From Lingula anatina (lineage: Eukaryota; Animalia; Brachiopoda), in NCBI GenBank assembly GCA_051362555.1, contig CM120640.1, positions 46,354,788 to 46,418,787 of the forward strand: 64,000 bases of DNA, written 5' to 3'. The position numbers and the translations under genes were made by a program. How positions within the stretch are numbered: the first letter of the stretch is position 1; each line of letters opens with the position of its first letter. The notes under the pieces were generated by a model. That model saw nothing but the letters and a program-made list of their open reading frames with translations. It searched no databases and had not been told where the DNA came from. This document shows positions 1-11,288 of this stretch, piece after piece.

Positions 1-1835
1 GTCGGCATGGCCGACAAAACTGGCGCTAGAAAAATGTCTCTCTATGGAGCCAAACAAAAGCTGGTAGTGTTGGCGTGGTACATCATACAGCACTTTTTTG
101 TCCGAGATGGTATAATCAGGTGCACGGATGCCACAAGGATTTTCAGGTAAACATTAATTTAATATGTACAAAATATGTATGCCTTAATTTCATTGATCAC
201 CCAAACTCAATATAGAGGTGTAAAGAAGGTTGCAGGTATGCTCTTAAAATGTTTGTCTAATTGCAAAATATACTTGATTATCATAGCGTCCGATATAAAT
301 AAGTTTGTATCAACGTTTCACTCTCTTGGGACTATAATTGATAAATAATCGTAACTAACCAATACTCGTACGGAAAGCATATTTTTTGACTTGCTAGGCC
401 TTTATCAAATTTGATGATTTCTAACACTTCATGCACATATTATTCTATCGAAATTTCGCTTTCTCTTAAACTTGGGCAACAACGATTAAGTGATAAAAAA
501 TAATGAAAAATTGATGTCACTCTCAATCCATTCCATTTTAATTTTGGATATAAAGCCTGTAAATTGCACTTCTATATTGGGTGTGTGTGAGATACATAAG
601 TTAGGCTCCTGTTAGAATCACTATTAATTTTGCAGGCACACCTTTGAAATGTTCTCCTTTGATCATTTCAAAAACTGAATACCTTTCTTGCGTGCTAAAT
701 TTGAAATTGTGGTACATTACCTAACTTTCGAATAATTTCGTACAGAAAACCAATTTTTGACTAGGTAAATCTTTATCAAATTTTGATGATTTCTAACATT
801 TTTTTGCTCACAATATACCAACTTAATTCTGTTTTATCTTAAATTTTTGACCACAACGTAAAAGTAGGCCTAAATTGAAATTCATGCTTACAGGTTATAT
901 TTTCGTATTTAGTTATGTTGTCTAGTATCGTTCATATTAAATAATAAGAAGCGCTTTAAAAATGATTCTTACAAATTTAATGCTCATGCAATAATCTGTA
1001 TAGGCCCTAATCATTCTCAAAGATTGAACATTTTCCTGGCATGATAAGCCTAAATTGTTGAACATCTAAAAATGTTAATGTGCAGATTCCGAACTATATT
1101 TGATGAGCGTCCGGCATCAATAACTTGATATCGACGTTTCACTTTCATGCAGCTATGCATGATAATATAATGCGTCTTCTCACCCAAAAAATAAGCATAA
1201 TGGCCGTCACGATTGCACAACGTCCAGCAGTTAAACAGTCTTATCACTTTGAAAATAGCATCATCACTGATTTTGTCCTTACATTTAATTTCGCAAAGAT
1301 AACATTGTAACAAATTTTGACAATTTTCAATAAAAAACAGTTTCTTGTTTTGAATCACTTTCATTTGCTTCTCACTGATTATTAAAAAAATTTCAAAAAT
1401 GCACCATACCGATAGATAAGCATTTATTACTGTAATTCACTCCTGATCCGAATATAATATCTGTAATGTGAAACTAGCATAGAATCAAAATATATTTGGC
1501 GATCAGAAACATGTACATTTTTCGGGGGAAAAATTATATAGTATTGAATATGACGCAAACCCGTAGCGTTACAATTAAAATAGTTTTACATTACTTCATG
1601 TTCAATTTTATCATCACTTAAATGCATAATTGTTTTTTTCCCGTAAATTGATAAAACAGACTGAAATGTCGTTAGAAACGATTGACGATGCGCAGAAATT
1701 GCGCTAGTCGTCAAATAACGTAACGGCCGATGCCCTAGTCAAATATAGTTGTTCTATATACGTTTAAAATAAATGAATATCTCTCTAAATTCTTCCATTT
1801 TAATTTTGGATAATAAGCCTGTAAATTGCACTTTT
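1..1835. repeat. Unclassified degenerate repeat region with a terminal hairpin
   Basis: Perfect hairpin gtcggc-atg-gccgac at 1-15. Internal diverged duplications: ~345-480 resembles ~710-860, and ~528-575 resembles ~1790-1836. No recognisable protein. Confidence 0.4.
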
Positions 1836-1923
1836 ATTATGTACAGACACAGATGTGTCTGTACATATAGCCGTCACCTGCGTCTGTCGTCGCCGTTGCC
1901 ATTGCCGTTGGTGTGCACTTTTA

Positions 1924-2560
1924 CCGATAACACGATAAGTGGAAAATGGTTTTACCTTTTGGCTTGAAACTTACAGAACTGATGAATATTCATAATACGC
2001 AGGTCAAGTTCGAAAATCAGCATGATTGGGTCATTTTTAGGGAATTTATGCTGTTTTTTCACTTTTTTCAGCATATATACAGCACCGATAACACGATAAG
2101 TGGAAAACCATTTTACCTTTTGGATTGAAACTGACAGAACTGATGAATATTCATAATATGCAGGTCAAGTTCAAAAATCAGCATGATGGGGTCATTTTTA
2201 GGGAATTTATGCTGTTTTTTCACTTTTTTCAGCATATATGCAACCCCGATAACATGATAACTGGAAAACCATTTTACCTTTTGGCTTGAAACTTACAGAA
2301 CTGATGAATATTCATAATATGCAGGTGAAGTTCGAAAATCAGCATCCTTGGGTTATTTTAAGGGAATTTATGCTGTTTTTTTTTTCACTTTTTTCAGCAT
2401 ATATGCAACACTGATAGCACAATATAAGTAAAACAGATAGGCCAATTGTCATTATACTCACAGGAGTAGTCAAACTAACTAAAACGCAGGTTGAGTTCGA
2501 AAATCAGCATAATCGGGCCTTTATTTTAGAAGTTATGCTGTTTTTTCACATTTCCTCAGA
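1924..2560 (+). repeat. 161-bp tandem core repeats of family A (~4 units)
   Basis: ccgataac recurs at 1924, 2085 and 2246 (period 161), followed by a more diverged fourth unit. Mirror copy at ~10040-10670. Confidence 0.9.
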
Positions 2561-4361
2561 TTCAATTCTTAGGCATGTTAACAGTCTCATTATTTAAATA
2601 ATAAGATAAGTAAAAGTGTTTGTTTGATATTTCCTGCATCTTTACAACATTGTTAATTGATTATGTAAAAATGATGGTAAACTTTTTATCGTGTATTGTG
2701 AAATAAAGTGTCTAAAATGGAAATAAACTCATATCATTGCAGTTTGTCAGATTCAATCATCCACTATGTTCAGAATTTCAGAATGGAGGAAATTGGACAT
2801 TTAACACTGTTGTATTGATATTTTTCCCATCTCATCAATTTTCTTAGTTGGTCATATAAAAATGGCAACAAACTGTTTATTTTGTTTTATGTTAAAAAAA
2901 GTGTTAAAAATGGAAATAAACCCATTTCAGAACAGTGCTGTCTTGTTTACATTTTGGCATTTTTAAGATGTGACTTTGAAGTTCCATGAGCCTGCAGACC
3001 TTTGCTAGTCACATTTTCTGAATATCCATTATACTAATATTTTATGATTAAAAATTGATGGTCATAATGCTGTTAAACATTATGTAATATTGCATCAAAA
3101 TTTGAAGAAACCCCTATTTTGGGCACTGCTCCCATGATGACCATTTAAGAAAAACCATGTCACTTACTGTTTTCAAACTTACAGGAAAGAAACATGGGGC
3201 TGAAATACAGCTTCAGTAGGCAATGCAGTCTGTTTGGTAATTTTCTCTGGCAGTTAAACAGTTTTTTGTGAAAATTTAATTTTTCACATATTGGCATTTT
3301 CAAGGTGTGACTTTAAAGTTCCATGATCCTGAAGAACTTTGCTTGTCACGTTTTCTGAATGTCCATGTTACTTATATTCTATTATTAAAAATTGATGGTC
3401 ATTATGCTGTTAAGCATTATGTAATGTTGCATCAAAATAGAAGAAAACACAATTTTTGGTGCTGCTGCCATGATGACCATTATGGGAAAACTGTGTTATG
3501 ACTGTCAAACCTTTAAAAAAACAAACACAGGACTAAAATGCAGAATGAGTTGGAAAAGCAGTCCAATTGGTTTCTTTTTCTGGAAGTTATACATTTGAGT
3601 GATATATTCATTATCTTTTTGGCATATTCATTGTGGGACTCGGAGCTCCCATGGACATGAAGCCGAATGGTAATCAAATTTTCTACATGTCCATGCTATT
3701 TATTGTCAATATTAAATCAAAAATTGGTGATAATTATTGTATAATTTATTATGTAATGTTACATCAAAATTGACAACAATATTTTTGCATTGCTACTGCA
3801 AACATTAGTGTTACTTATTATTATTTTTAACTTACAAGTATGATTTTAGGATTGGCATGCAGTTCAAGTTAGAAAGCCAGGTCAATTGGGTTATCATTTA
3901 TTATTGAATTTATGCAATTTTGTGTGAAATTTTCATTTTTCTCATTCTGTCACTTTCTAAGTATAAACTTGCACTCTGATGGGCCTGAAGCCTTATGCTT
4001 TTACTTCCGTCGTTGTTACCTGTTGTGCATAATTAAAATTTGTTGTTGACTGTGCAGTAAAACGTAATGTATTATTGCATCAGAATTGGTAGTCTCCTAT
4101 TTTGTGCATTATTGTTTTGTGCTTTTCTTAAGATGTGACTTATGGGCCTGAAAGACCTTTGAGAGGGTCAGTCTGTTAATATCCCTTGAGTATCACTTAG
4201 CTAATTTCTGAGTTATAAAGCCATTTGCCTAATTGATAGGCCATTAAAGGAGATTACATAAAGCACACTTGTTGATATTTCCTTGTAAACTCCCAAAAGT
4301 TAAGCTCTCTGCTAGATTAATAATAAGGAAGCAGTGATAATTATGCAGGTTATTATATATA

Positions 4362-5744
4362 CACACATACTGGACAAAAGAAGTGTCACCCCTACTGAGC
4401 CAATACTATGGGGGAGATAAATGACTGTGGAATGATATGCTCCTGGTATCATTTTATTAACATCAAATTTCACAAAAAATCACAAAATGAGAACAAAATA
4501 TACATTCTACCAAAAAATGTAGTTTCAAGTCCAAAATTAGTACTTAGTGGCATAGTCACGTGACCTAATAATAGGTGCCAGTCTACAAAGCAAGGATTCA
4601 TTTAATTGTCTGATGCGTTCAGGGCTTATGCTGGCCCAAGCATGAAACACTGAATATAACAGAGTTTCTCTGCTGGTTAGACGGGCATTTGTAAAAAGTT
4701 TTGACATATCATTCCACACATTTTCTATTATGTTTGTATCCGGACTCTGGGCAGGCCACATCACCCTGCGAATGTCCTGTTGGTCAAACCAATCATCAAC
4801 TGCTCTGGGCCTGTGACAAGGAGCATTGTCATCCTGGTGAACAGATGGATAATTCCTTTCACCAAACATGTTAGTAATAGATGGTAGCAAGCCTGACTCC
4901 AAAACATCAATATATTTCTAGTTATTCATGTTTCCATTAACCACTATCAATTCGCCCAAGCCATGGATGCTGATGCAGCCCCACACCATGATGAATATGC
5001 TGCTCCGGGTTCGAAAATTCAGTGCATGTGGTTCAAATGCCCCACCAGCAGTTTGCCAGCATAGTACCCGTCTGTCATCAGAGATCAGACCAAAGCGACA
5101 CTCATCAGAAAAAATATATAGGACCAATTGTCATGAACTGTCCAGTTCCAGATCCTGTTGACCCTAGTTTACTCTACGTTGCCTGTTTTTTAACGATATA
5201 AGAGGTTTCAGTCTTGCTACCCTGCTGTACACTCTCTGAGCATGTAACCGACGCCTAGCAATTTTCACAGACATATTCTTATGTGTGAAATTGTTCCACT
5301 GTGTTGTCAACTGACAAGCAGAGTCGAACTTTGACAACCTGGACATCGACAAAATCAGTCGTCGGTCTTCACGGCCAGTATTTTTTCTTGGACGACCCAT
5401 CAGAGGCAATTTGTCTCTTGATCCAGTGTTTCTATACCAAGACCAGACCCTCTGCATGGTTCCGACTGAACAATTCAATTGTATCCATATTCTGACATTG
5501 CTTATATTCCGCCTCTTCAGGTTAATAACTTGCACCTATAACCGTTATATAATTACCTGTATCTTGCCATACTGGAGGAAGACAGGAATAACATTTGCTG
5601 TACATGTACAAGACCAACAATAAATTCCATGGTATAGCGGTTTTATACTCATTAGTCACATTATAAGTAGACCAGGCATTATAAGTACCCAAGATCTGCC
5701 TACTTTCATTACTCTGAGTTAGGGGGTGACACTTCTTTTGTCCA

Positions 5745-5751
<7 letters not shown>
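4362..5751 (-). mobile_element. Tc1-family DNA transposon (DD34E), inactive
   Basis: TIRs ctggacaaaagaagtgtcacccc / ggggtgacacttcttttgtccag with TA flanks. Absent from the equivalent position of family A copy 2. Confidence 0.93.
4537..5570 (-). pseudogene. Tc1 transposase pseudogene
   Basis: ORF pieces carry GRPRKNT (AT-hook-like), FSDECRF, IMVWGCIS, HQDDNAPCH and WPAQSPDTNIIENVW. There are 34 residues between the second D and the E. Interrupted by stops and compensating frameshifts near 5110-5166. Confidence 0.92.
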
Positions 5752-5777
<26 letters not shown>

Positions 5778-5872
5778 ACCTGCATAATTATTATATATAT
5801 TAACCTGCATTAATTGATAATATATATAATCAAAGATTAAAAGTTTGAATAGCAGCTTCATTGAAATTATAT

Positions 5873-6106
5873 TTACCTCAGGCTCTGCCAAGGAGGTTAT
5901 ATTTTCACCCCTGTTTGTCTTTCATGAACATAACTCAAAAAGTTATGGACCAATTTTGCTGAAATTTTCAGGAACTGTCAGAATTGGGCCAAAGAGGACA
6001 ATGATTAGTTTTTAGTGGTGGTCTGGCTCAATAATCAATCAATAATCAATAATAATCAACAATTGCTGCCTTGGCAGAGGTCTGCACTCTCTGTGGTTTT
6101 CTAGTT
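5873..6106 (+). mobile_element. Short (~230 bp) Helentron-type non-autonomous element
   Basis: 5' ttacctc..gccaaggaggttatattttcacc and 3' ccttggcagaggt-ctgcactctctg..ctagtt. Sits in a T-run and is absent from family A copy 2 (~8205-8225). Confidence 0.8.
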
Positions 6107-6339
6107 TTGTTATGTTTTCCTTTACAATTTTTTCTCAAACACTTGCATTTGTGACTTTTATCTCTCATCCACTCTAGGCTCTGCACATTTTCTGTATTTC
6201 CACATAAGCAATTGTATTGTTTTTTTATGTCTTTAAACATTATATAATATTATTTTATTCACTGTCATCATTTTTCAAATATTGAGACTTTCATCATGTG
6301 ACTTTGGTCTCTCATGGTCCTGAAACTGTAATCTTATTG

Positions 6340-6503
6340 AAGGGGTGGATTGAGACCATCTTCTGGGTCTTCCGGAAGACAAGTTATTAAGTTTATATTG
6401 ACTGCTATCTATTTTTTTTCTGTTGGAAGACCATCAAAATGGAGGATGGATCAACATAGATACTTTGGAATACTGTCAGAAAATATCTCTGGATCTGCTC
6501 CTG
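6340..6503. mobile_element. MITE with CAGGGGCGGAT-type TIRs carried inside family A
   Basis: Ends aaggggtggat ... atctgctcctg, with ttattg on both sides (6-bp TSD). Also present in copy 2 (~7823-7980), and a related free copy lies at ~17513-17667. Confidence 0.7.
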
Positions 6504-6899
6504 TTATTGACCATGTTACCTGTTGTGCATGATTAAAATTCAGTGTTGACTGACAGTGCTATTATAAGCATTATTTATTATTGCATCAAAATTGACAAAA
6601 TGACCTTTTTTTTTTCATCTTTATTTTCTGTTTTTTGTCTGTACATTTGACAGCTTTGCTGCCTTGTTCACCTTTTCCAGCATATTTCCAACACTGTTAA
6701 CATATTTCCGATAGGCGTATTGTCATGAAACTCACAGAACTGTTGAATATTTATAAAACGCAGTTCGAAAATCAGTGTGATCTGGCCAATTTTACAAAGT
6801 TGCTGTTTTTCCCTTTTCTCAGCATAATATTATATGCGATGCAACATTTTAAAGAGAACCGATAGGTCTATTTTCATGAAACTCACAGAACTGATGAAT

Positions 6900-9800
6900 A
6901 CTAGAGGATCAGATAGGCGATACCGCCTCCGAATATTGTACCACCAGCTGGAGCAAGCGCATTCGTATAGACCCCCACATACACAAAATAAGGGACACAG
7001 CCACCAGTCTTATGCTTGACAAAATACGCAAAAAATATATATGTTCAAATTTGATGAAATAATGTCATTTTTGACCACAAGTTGCCTGCTTTGCCAAGCC
7101 TTATGTTTTATTTTTCCGGAGTTCAAAATTTATTATCCATTACCGTACTGCACATTTTGCTTTAACCACCAAAATGTACTTTTTGATACAGCGTAACTTT
7201 GGAGATAAAAGGGAAGCAAAATTTGCAAAGTTCAGTTCATGATGAAAAGTAGGTCAAAGGTCAATTTCAAGGTCACAGTAAGATTGCCAGTACATGACTT
7301 CCTATTCAACTTCAATAGTAACTATGGACTTATCTCTGCCAGTTTTGGAGATATAAGGGACTAAATGTTATAATTTTGGAGTTACCATAATGTCCCATAA
7401 ATTTCCTACGGAAAAAATTAATTAAAATAAAGAAAAGGTCATTTTGGTAAAAATTCTTGAAATGGGTGGTGCTCTGAAGTTCCAGATGTTCAAATTTGAT
7501 GAAATAATGTCATTTTTGACCACAAGTTGTCTGCTTTGCCAAGCCTTATGTTTTATTTTTCCAGAGTTCAAAATTTATTATCCATTACCGTACTGCACAT
7601 TTTGCTTTCACCACCAATATGTACTTTTTGATACAGCGTAACTCGAAAACCGTATGGAATACAAAACAAGGCAGCAAAGCTGTCAAATGTACAGACAAAA
7701 AACAGAAAAAAAAGATGCAAAATAGGTCATTATGTCAAATTTGATGCAATAATAAATGCTTATAATAGCACAGTCAGTCAACACTGATTTTTAATCATGC
7801 ACAACAGGTAACATAGTCAATAACAGGAGCAGATTCAGAGATATTTTCTGACAGTATTCCAAAGTATCTTTGTTGATCCATCCTCCATTTTGATAGTCTT
7901 CCAACAGAAACCCGTTAATATAAACTGTAAAATCTGACTGTCTTCCAGGAGACCCAGAAGGTGGTCTTAATCCACCCTTTCAATAAGATTACAATGTCAG
8001 GACCATGAGAGTTAAAATTCACATGATGAAAGTCCCTATATATGAAAAATGATGACAGTGCATAAAATAATATTACATCGTGTTTAAAGACATAAATACC
8101 AATACAGCTGCTTATGTGGAAATACTGAAAATGTGCACAGCCTCAGGTGGATGGGAGTTAAAAATCACATCTTAAAAATGCCAGTGTTGGAGAAAAAATT
8201 AAATAGAAACAACAAAAATATAATTCTAATGAAGCTGTTATTCACTGCTTCCTTATTATGGACACTATGTTATCTAGCAGAGAGCTTAACAGGGAAATAT
8301 CAACAAGTGTGCTTTATGAAATTTCAATTAATGGCTACTTAATTAGGTAAATGAGTTTATAGCACTGAAATTAGCCTTGTGAATACCCAAGGGGAATTAA
8401 CAGACTGACCACACAAATTTGTCTATCAAAGGTCTTCAGGCCCATAAGTCACACCTTAAGAAAAGCAGAAAACAATAATGCACAAAAACAGGAGACTGCC
8501 CAATTCTGATGCAATAATACATTATGTTTAACTGCACAGTCAACATAAAATTTTAATTATGCACAACAGGTAACGCTGATGAAAGTAAAAGCATAAGGCT
8601 CCAGGCCCATCAGAGTTCAAGTTTTCAATTAGAAAGTGCCAGAATGAGAAAAATGAAAATTTCACAAAAAATGCATAAATTTAATAAAAATGATGACCCA
8701 ATTGACCTGGCTTTCTAATTTGAACTGCATGCCAATCCTAAAAATCGTACTTATAAGTTAAATATAATAATAAGTAACACAGTTTTCTTTTCACAATGTT
8801 TGCAGTAGCAGTGCAAAAAGATTATTGTCAATTTTGATGTAACATTACATAATAAATTATAGAATAATTATCACCATTTTTTTATTATTGACTATAAATA
8901 GCATGGACATGTAGAAAATTTGATTACCATTAGGCTTCATGTCCATGGGAGCTCTGAGTCCCACAATGAATATGCCAAAAAGATAATGAATATTTCACTA
9001 AGTGTATAACTTCCAGAAAAAGAAGCCAATTAGACTGCTTTTCCAACTCGGGCTGCATTTTAGTCCTGTGTTTCTTTTTTGAAAGTTTGACAGTAATAAG
9101 TAACACCGTTTTCCCATAATGGTCATCATGGCAGCAGCACCAAATATTGTGTTTTCTTCTATTTTGATGCAACATTACATAATGCTTAACAGCATAATGA
9201 CCATCAATTTTAAATGATAAAATATACGTGTCATGGATTTTCAGAAAATGTGACTAGCAAGGGTCTTCAAGCCCGTGGAGGTTCTAAGTCACACCTTGAA
9301 AATGTCAATAAGTGAAAAATTAAATTTTCACAAAAAACTGTTAAATTGCCAGAAAAATTTACCAAACAGACTGCATTGCCTACTGAGGCTGTATGTTAGA
9401 CCTATGTTTCTTTCTTGTAAGTTTGAGAACAGCAAGTGACATGTTTTCCCTTAAATGGTCATCATAGGAGCAGTGCCCTAAATAGGGGTTTCTTCAAATT
9501 TTGATGCAACGTTACATAATGTTTAACAGCATAATAACCATCAAATGTTATTAATAAAATATTAGTAACATGGACATTCAGAAAACATGACAAGCAAAGG
9601 TCTTCAGGCCCATGGAACTTCAAAGTCACATCTTGAAAATGCCAAAATGTAAACAAGACAGCACTGTCCTGAAATGGGTTTATTTCCATTTTTAACACTT
9701 TTTTAACATAAAACAAAATAAACATTTTACTGCCATTTTTATATGACCAACTAAGAAAATTGATGAGATGGGAAAAGTATCAATAGAACAGTGTTAAATG

Positions 9801-11288
9801 TCCAATTTCCTCCATTCTGAGATTCTGAACATAGTGGATGATTGAATCTGACAAACTGCAATGATATGAGTTTATTTCCATTTTTGACACTTTATTACAC
9901 AATACATGATAACAAGTTTACCATGTTTTTTTACATAATCAACTAACAATGTTGTAAAGATGCAGGAAATATCAAACAAACACTTTTACGCATCTAATTA
10001 GTTCAATAATGAGACTGTTAACATGCCTAATAATTGAATCTGAGGAAATGTGAAAAAACAGTATAACTTCTAAAATAATGGCCCGATTATGCTGATTTTC
10101 GAACTCAACCTGCATTTTAGTAAGATTGACCACTCCTGTGAATATAATGCCAATTGGCCAATCCGTTTTTCTTATATTGTGTTATCAGTGTTGCATTTAT
10201 ATTGAAAAGTGAAAAAAACAGCATAAATTCCCTAAAAATGGCCCAATCATGCTGATTTTCGAACTTGACCTGCGTATTAAGAATTTTCATCAGTTCTGTA
10301 AGTTTCAAGCCAAAAGGTAAAATGGTTTTCCACTTACTGTGTTATCGGTGCTGCATATATGCTGAAAAAGTGAAAAAACAGCATAAATTCCCTAAAAATG
10401 GCCCAATCATGCCGATTTTTGAACTTGACCTGCATATTATGAATATTCATCAGTTCAGTAAGTTTCAAGTCAAAAGATACAATGGTTTTCCACTTATCGT
10501 GTTATCGGTGCTGCATATATGTTGAAAAAAGTGAAAAAACAGCATAAATTCCCTAAGAGTGACCCGATCATGCTGATTTTCGAACTTGACCTGCGTATTA
10601 TGAATATTCATCAGTTCTGCAAGTTTCAAATCAAAAGGCAAAATGGTTTTCCACTTATCGTGTTATCCGTAAAAGTGCACGGCGACGGCGACGACAGCGA
10701 CAGCGACTACAGACGCAGATGATGGCTATATGTACAGACACATCTGTGTCTGTACATAAAAACGGAGACCACCTCCAGTGTTGGGCTTTACATGCTCTAC
10801 AAAATGCAAAAAAGAATGGGTCTCTAGCATTAACGGTTCCCGAATTAGAGACAGTTTTCAGTTTCGGTATCTTATGGCCGCTACACCCGTGAAAATGCAC
10901 CGATTGACCCCAAATTCACACAGATGAAAGATGACCTGAAGGGTAACATTTTCCAATTATATTATTGGTTAAGTCTGTGTGGTGTCTGAATAACAGCGCA
11001 AATAATTTTTTTTTTCGTAAAAAAATTCATTTTTTTGAAAATTTTTGCCCGTTTGACCTTGAAATAAAATTGCAATGAGTGTCACACCTAGACCCCAATA
11101 CCGACAAAGCCCAAATTTTACGTGGAACGAGTTGAGATTATAGGTGACCTAAATCCAAGAGATGGGTATGTAGGCCCTTACCGTCTAGGAGGAGAAGCGG
11201 TAACGGTAACATGGCGGCGGAGCCGGCGGAACGGACCGGACGGGACTAAAACCATGTGTACCGCCAGCGCTAACGCTGGTGGTACAAT
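6900..11288 (-). mobile_element. Helentron/DINE-like family B copy 1, split by family A copy 2
   Basis: 3' end ctagaggatcag..aggcgataccgcct..gtaccaccagc at 6901-6950. 5' hairpin gtaccgccagcgctaacgctggtggtac at 11258-11285. Segments 7200-7664 plus 10759-11288 match 19835-20990, with deletions. Confidence 0.88.
7665..10758 (-). mobile_element. Family A copy 2 (no Tc1 or short-element insertion, ~3.1 kb)
   Basis: Reverse complement of copy 1. Inserted without TSD in the A-run of family B; the empty site ggaaaacaaaaaaaccgagacc is visible at ~20296-20317. Confidence 0.88.

Larger units (their letters stand above)
1839..6668 (+). mobile_element. Non-autonomous Helentron/DINE-like element, family A copy 1 (with nested insertions)
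   Basis: Starts in a T-rich site with 5' hairpin atgtacagacac-agat-gtgtctgtacat, followed by a (GTC/GCC)n microsatellite and 161-bp tandem core. Ends with a 3' subterminal inverted repeat gtctgtacat (~6638), hairpin gacagc-ttt-gctgcc and cttgtt. No TSD seen. Collinear with the reverse complement of 7665-10758. Confidence 0.85.

Noticed and set aside
1839-10758. One giant foldback/TIR transposon with 3-kb arms
   Set aside because: Each arm has its own complete 5' and 3' Helentron-type ends, the arms are visibly diverged, and the right arm interrupts a family B element at a definable empty site.
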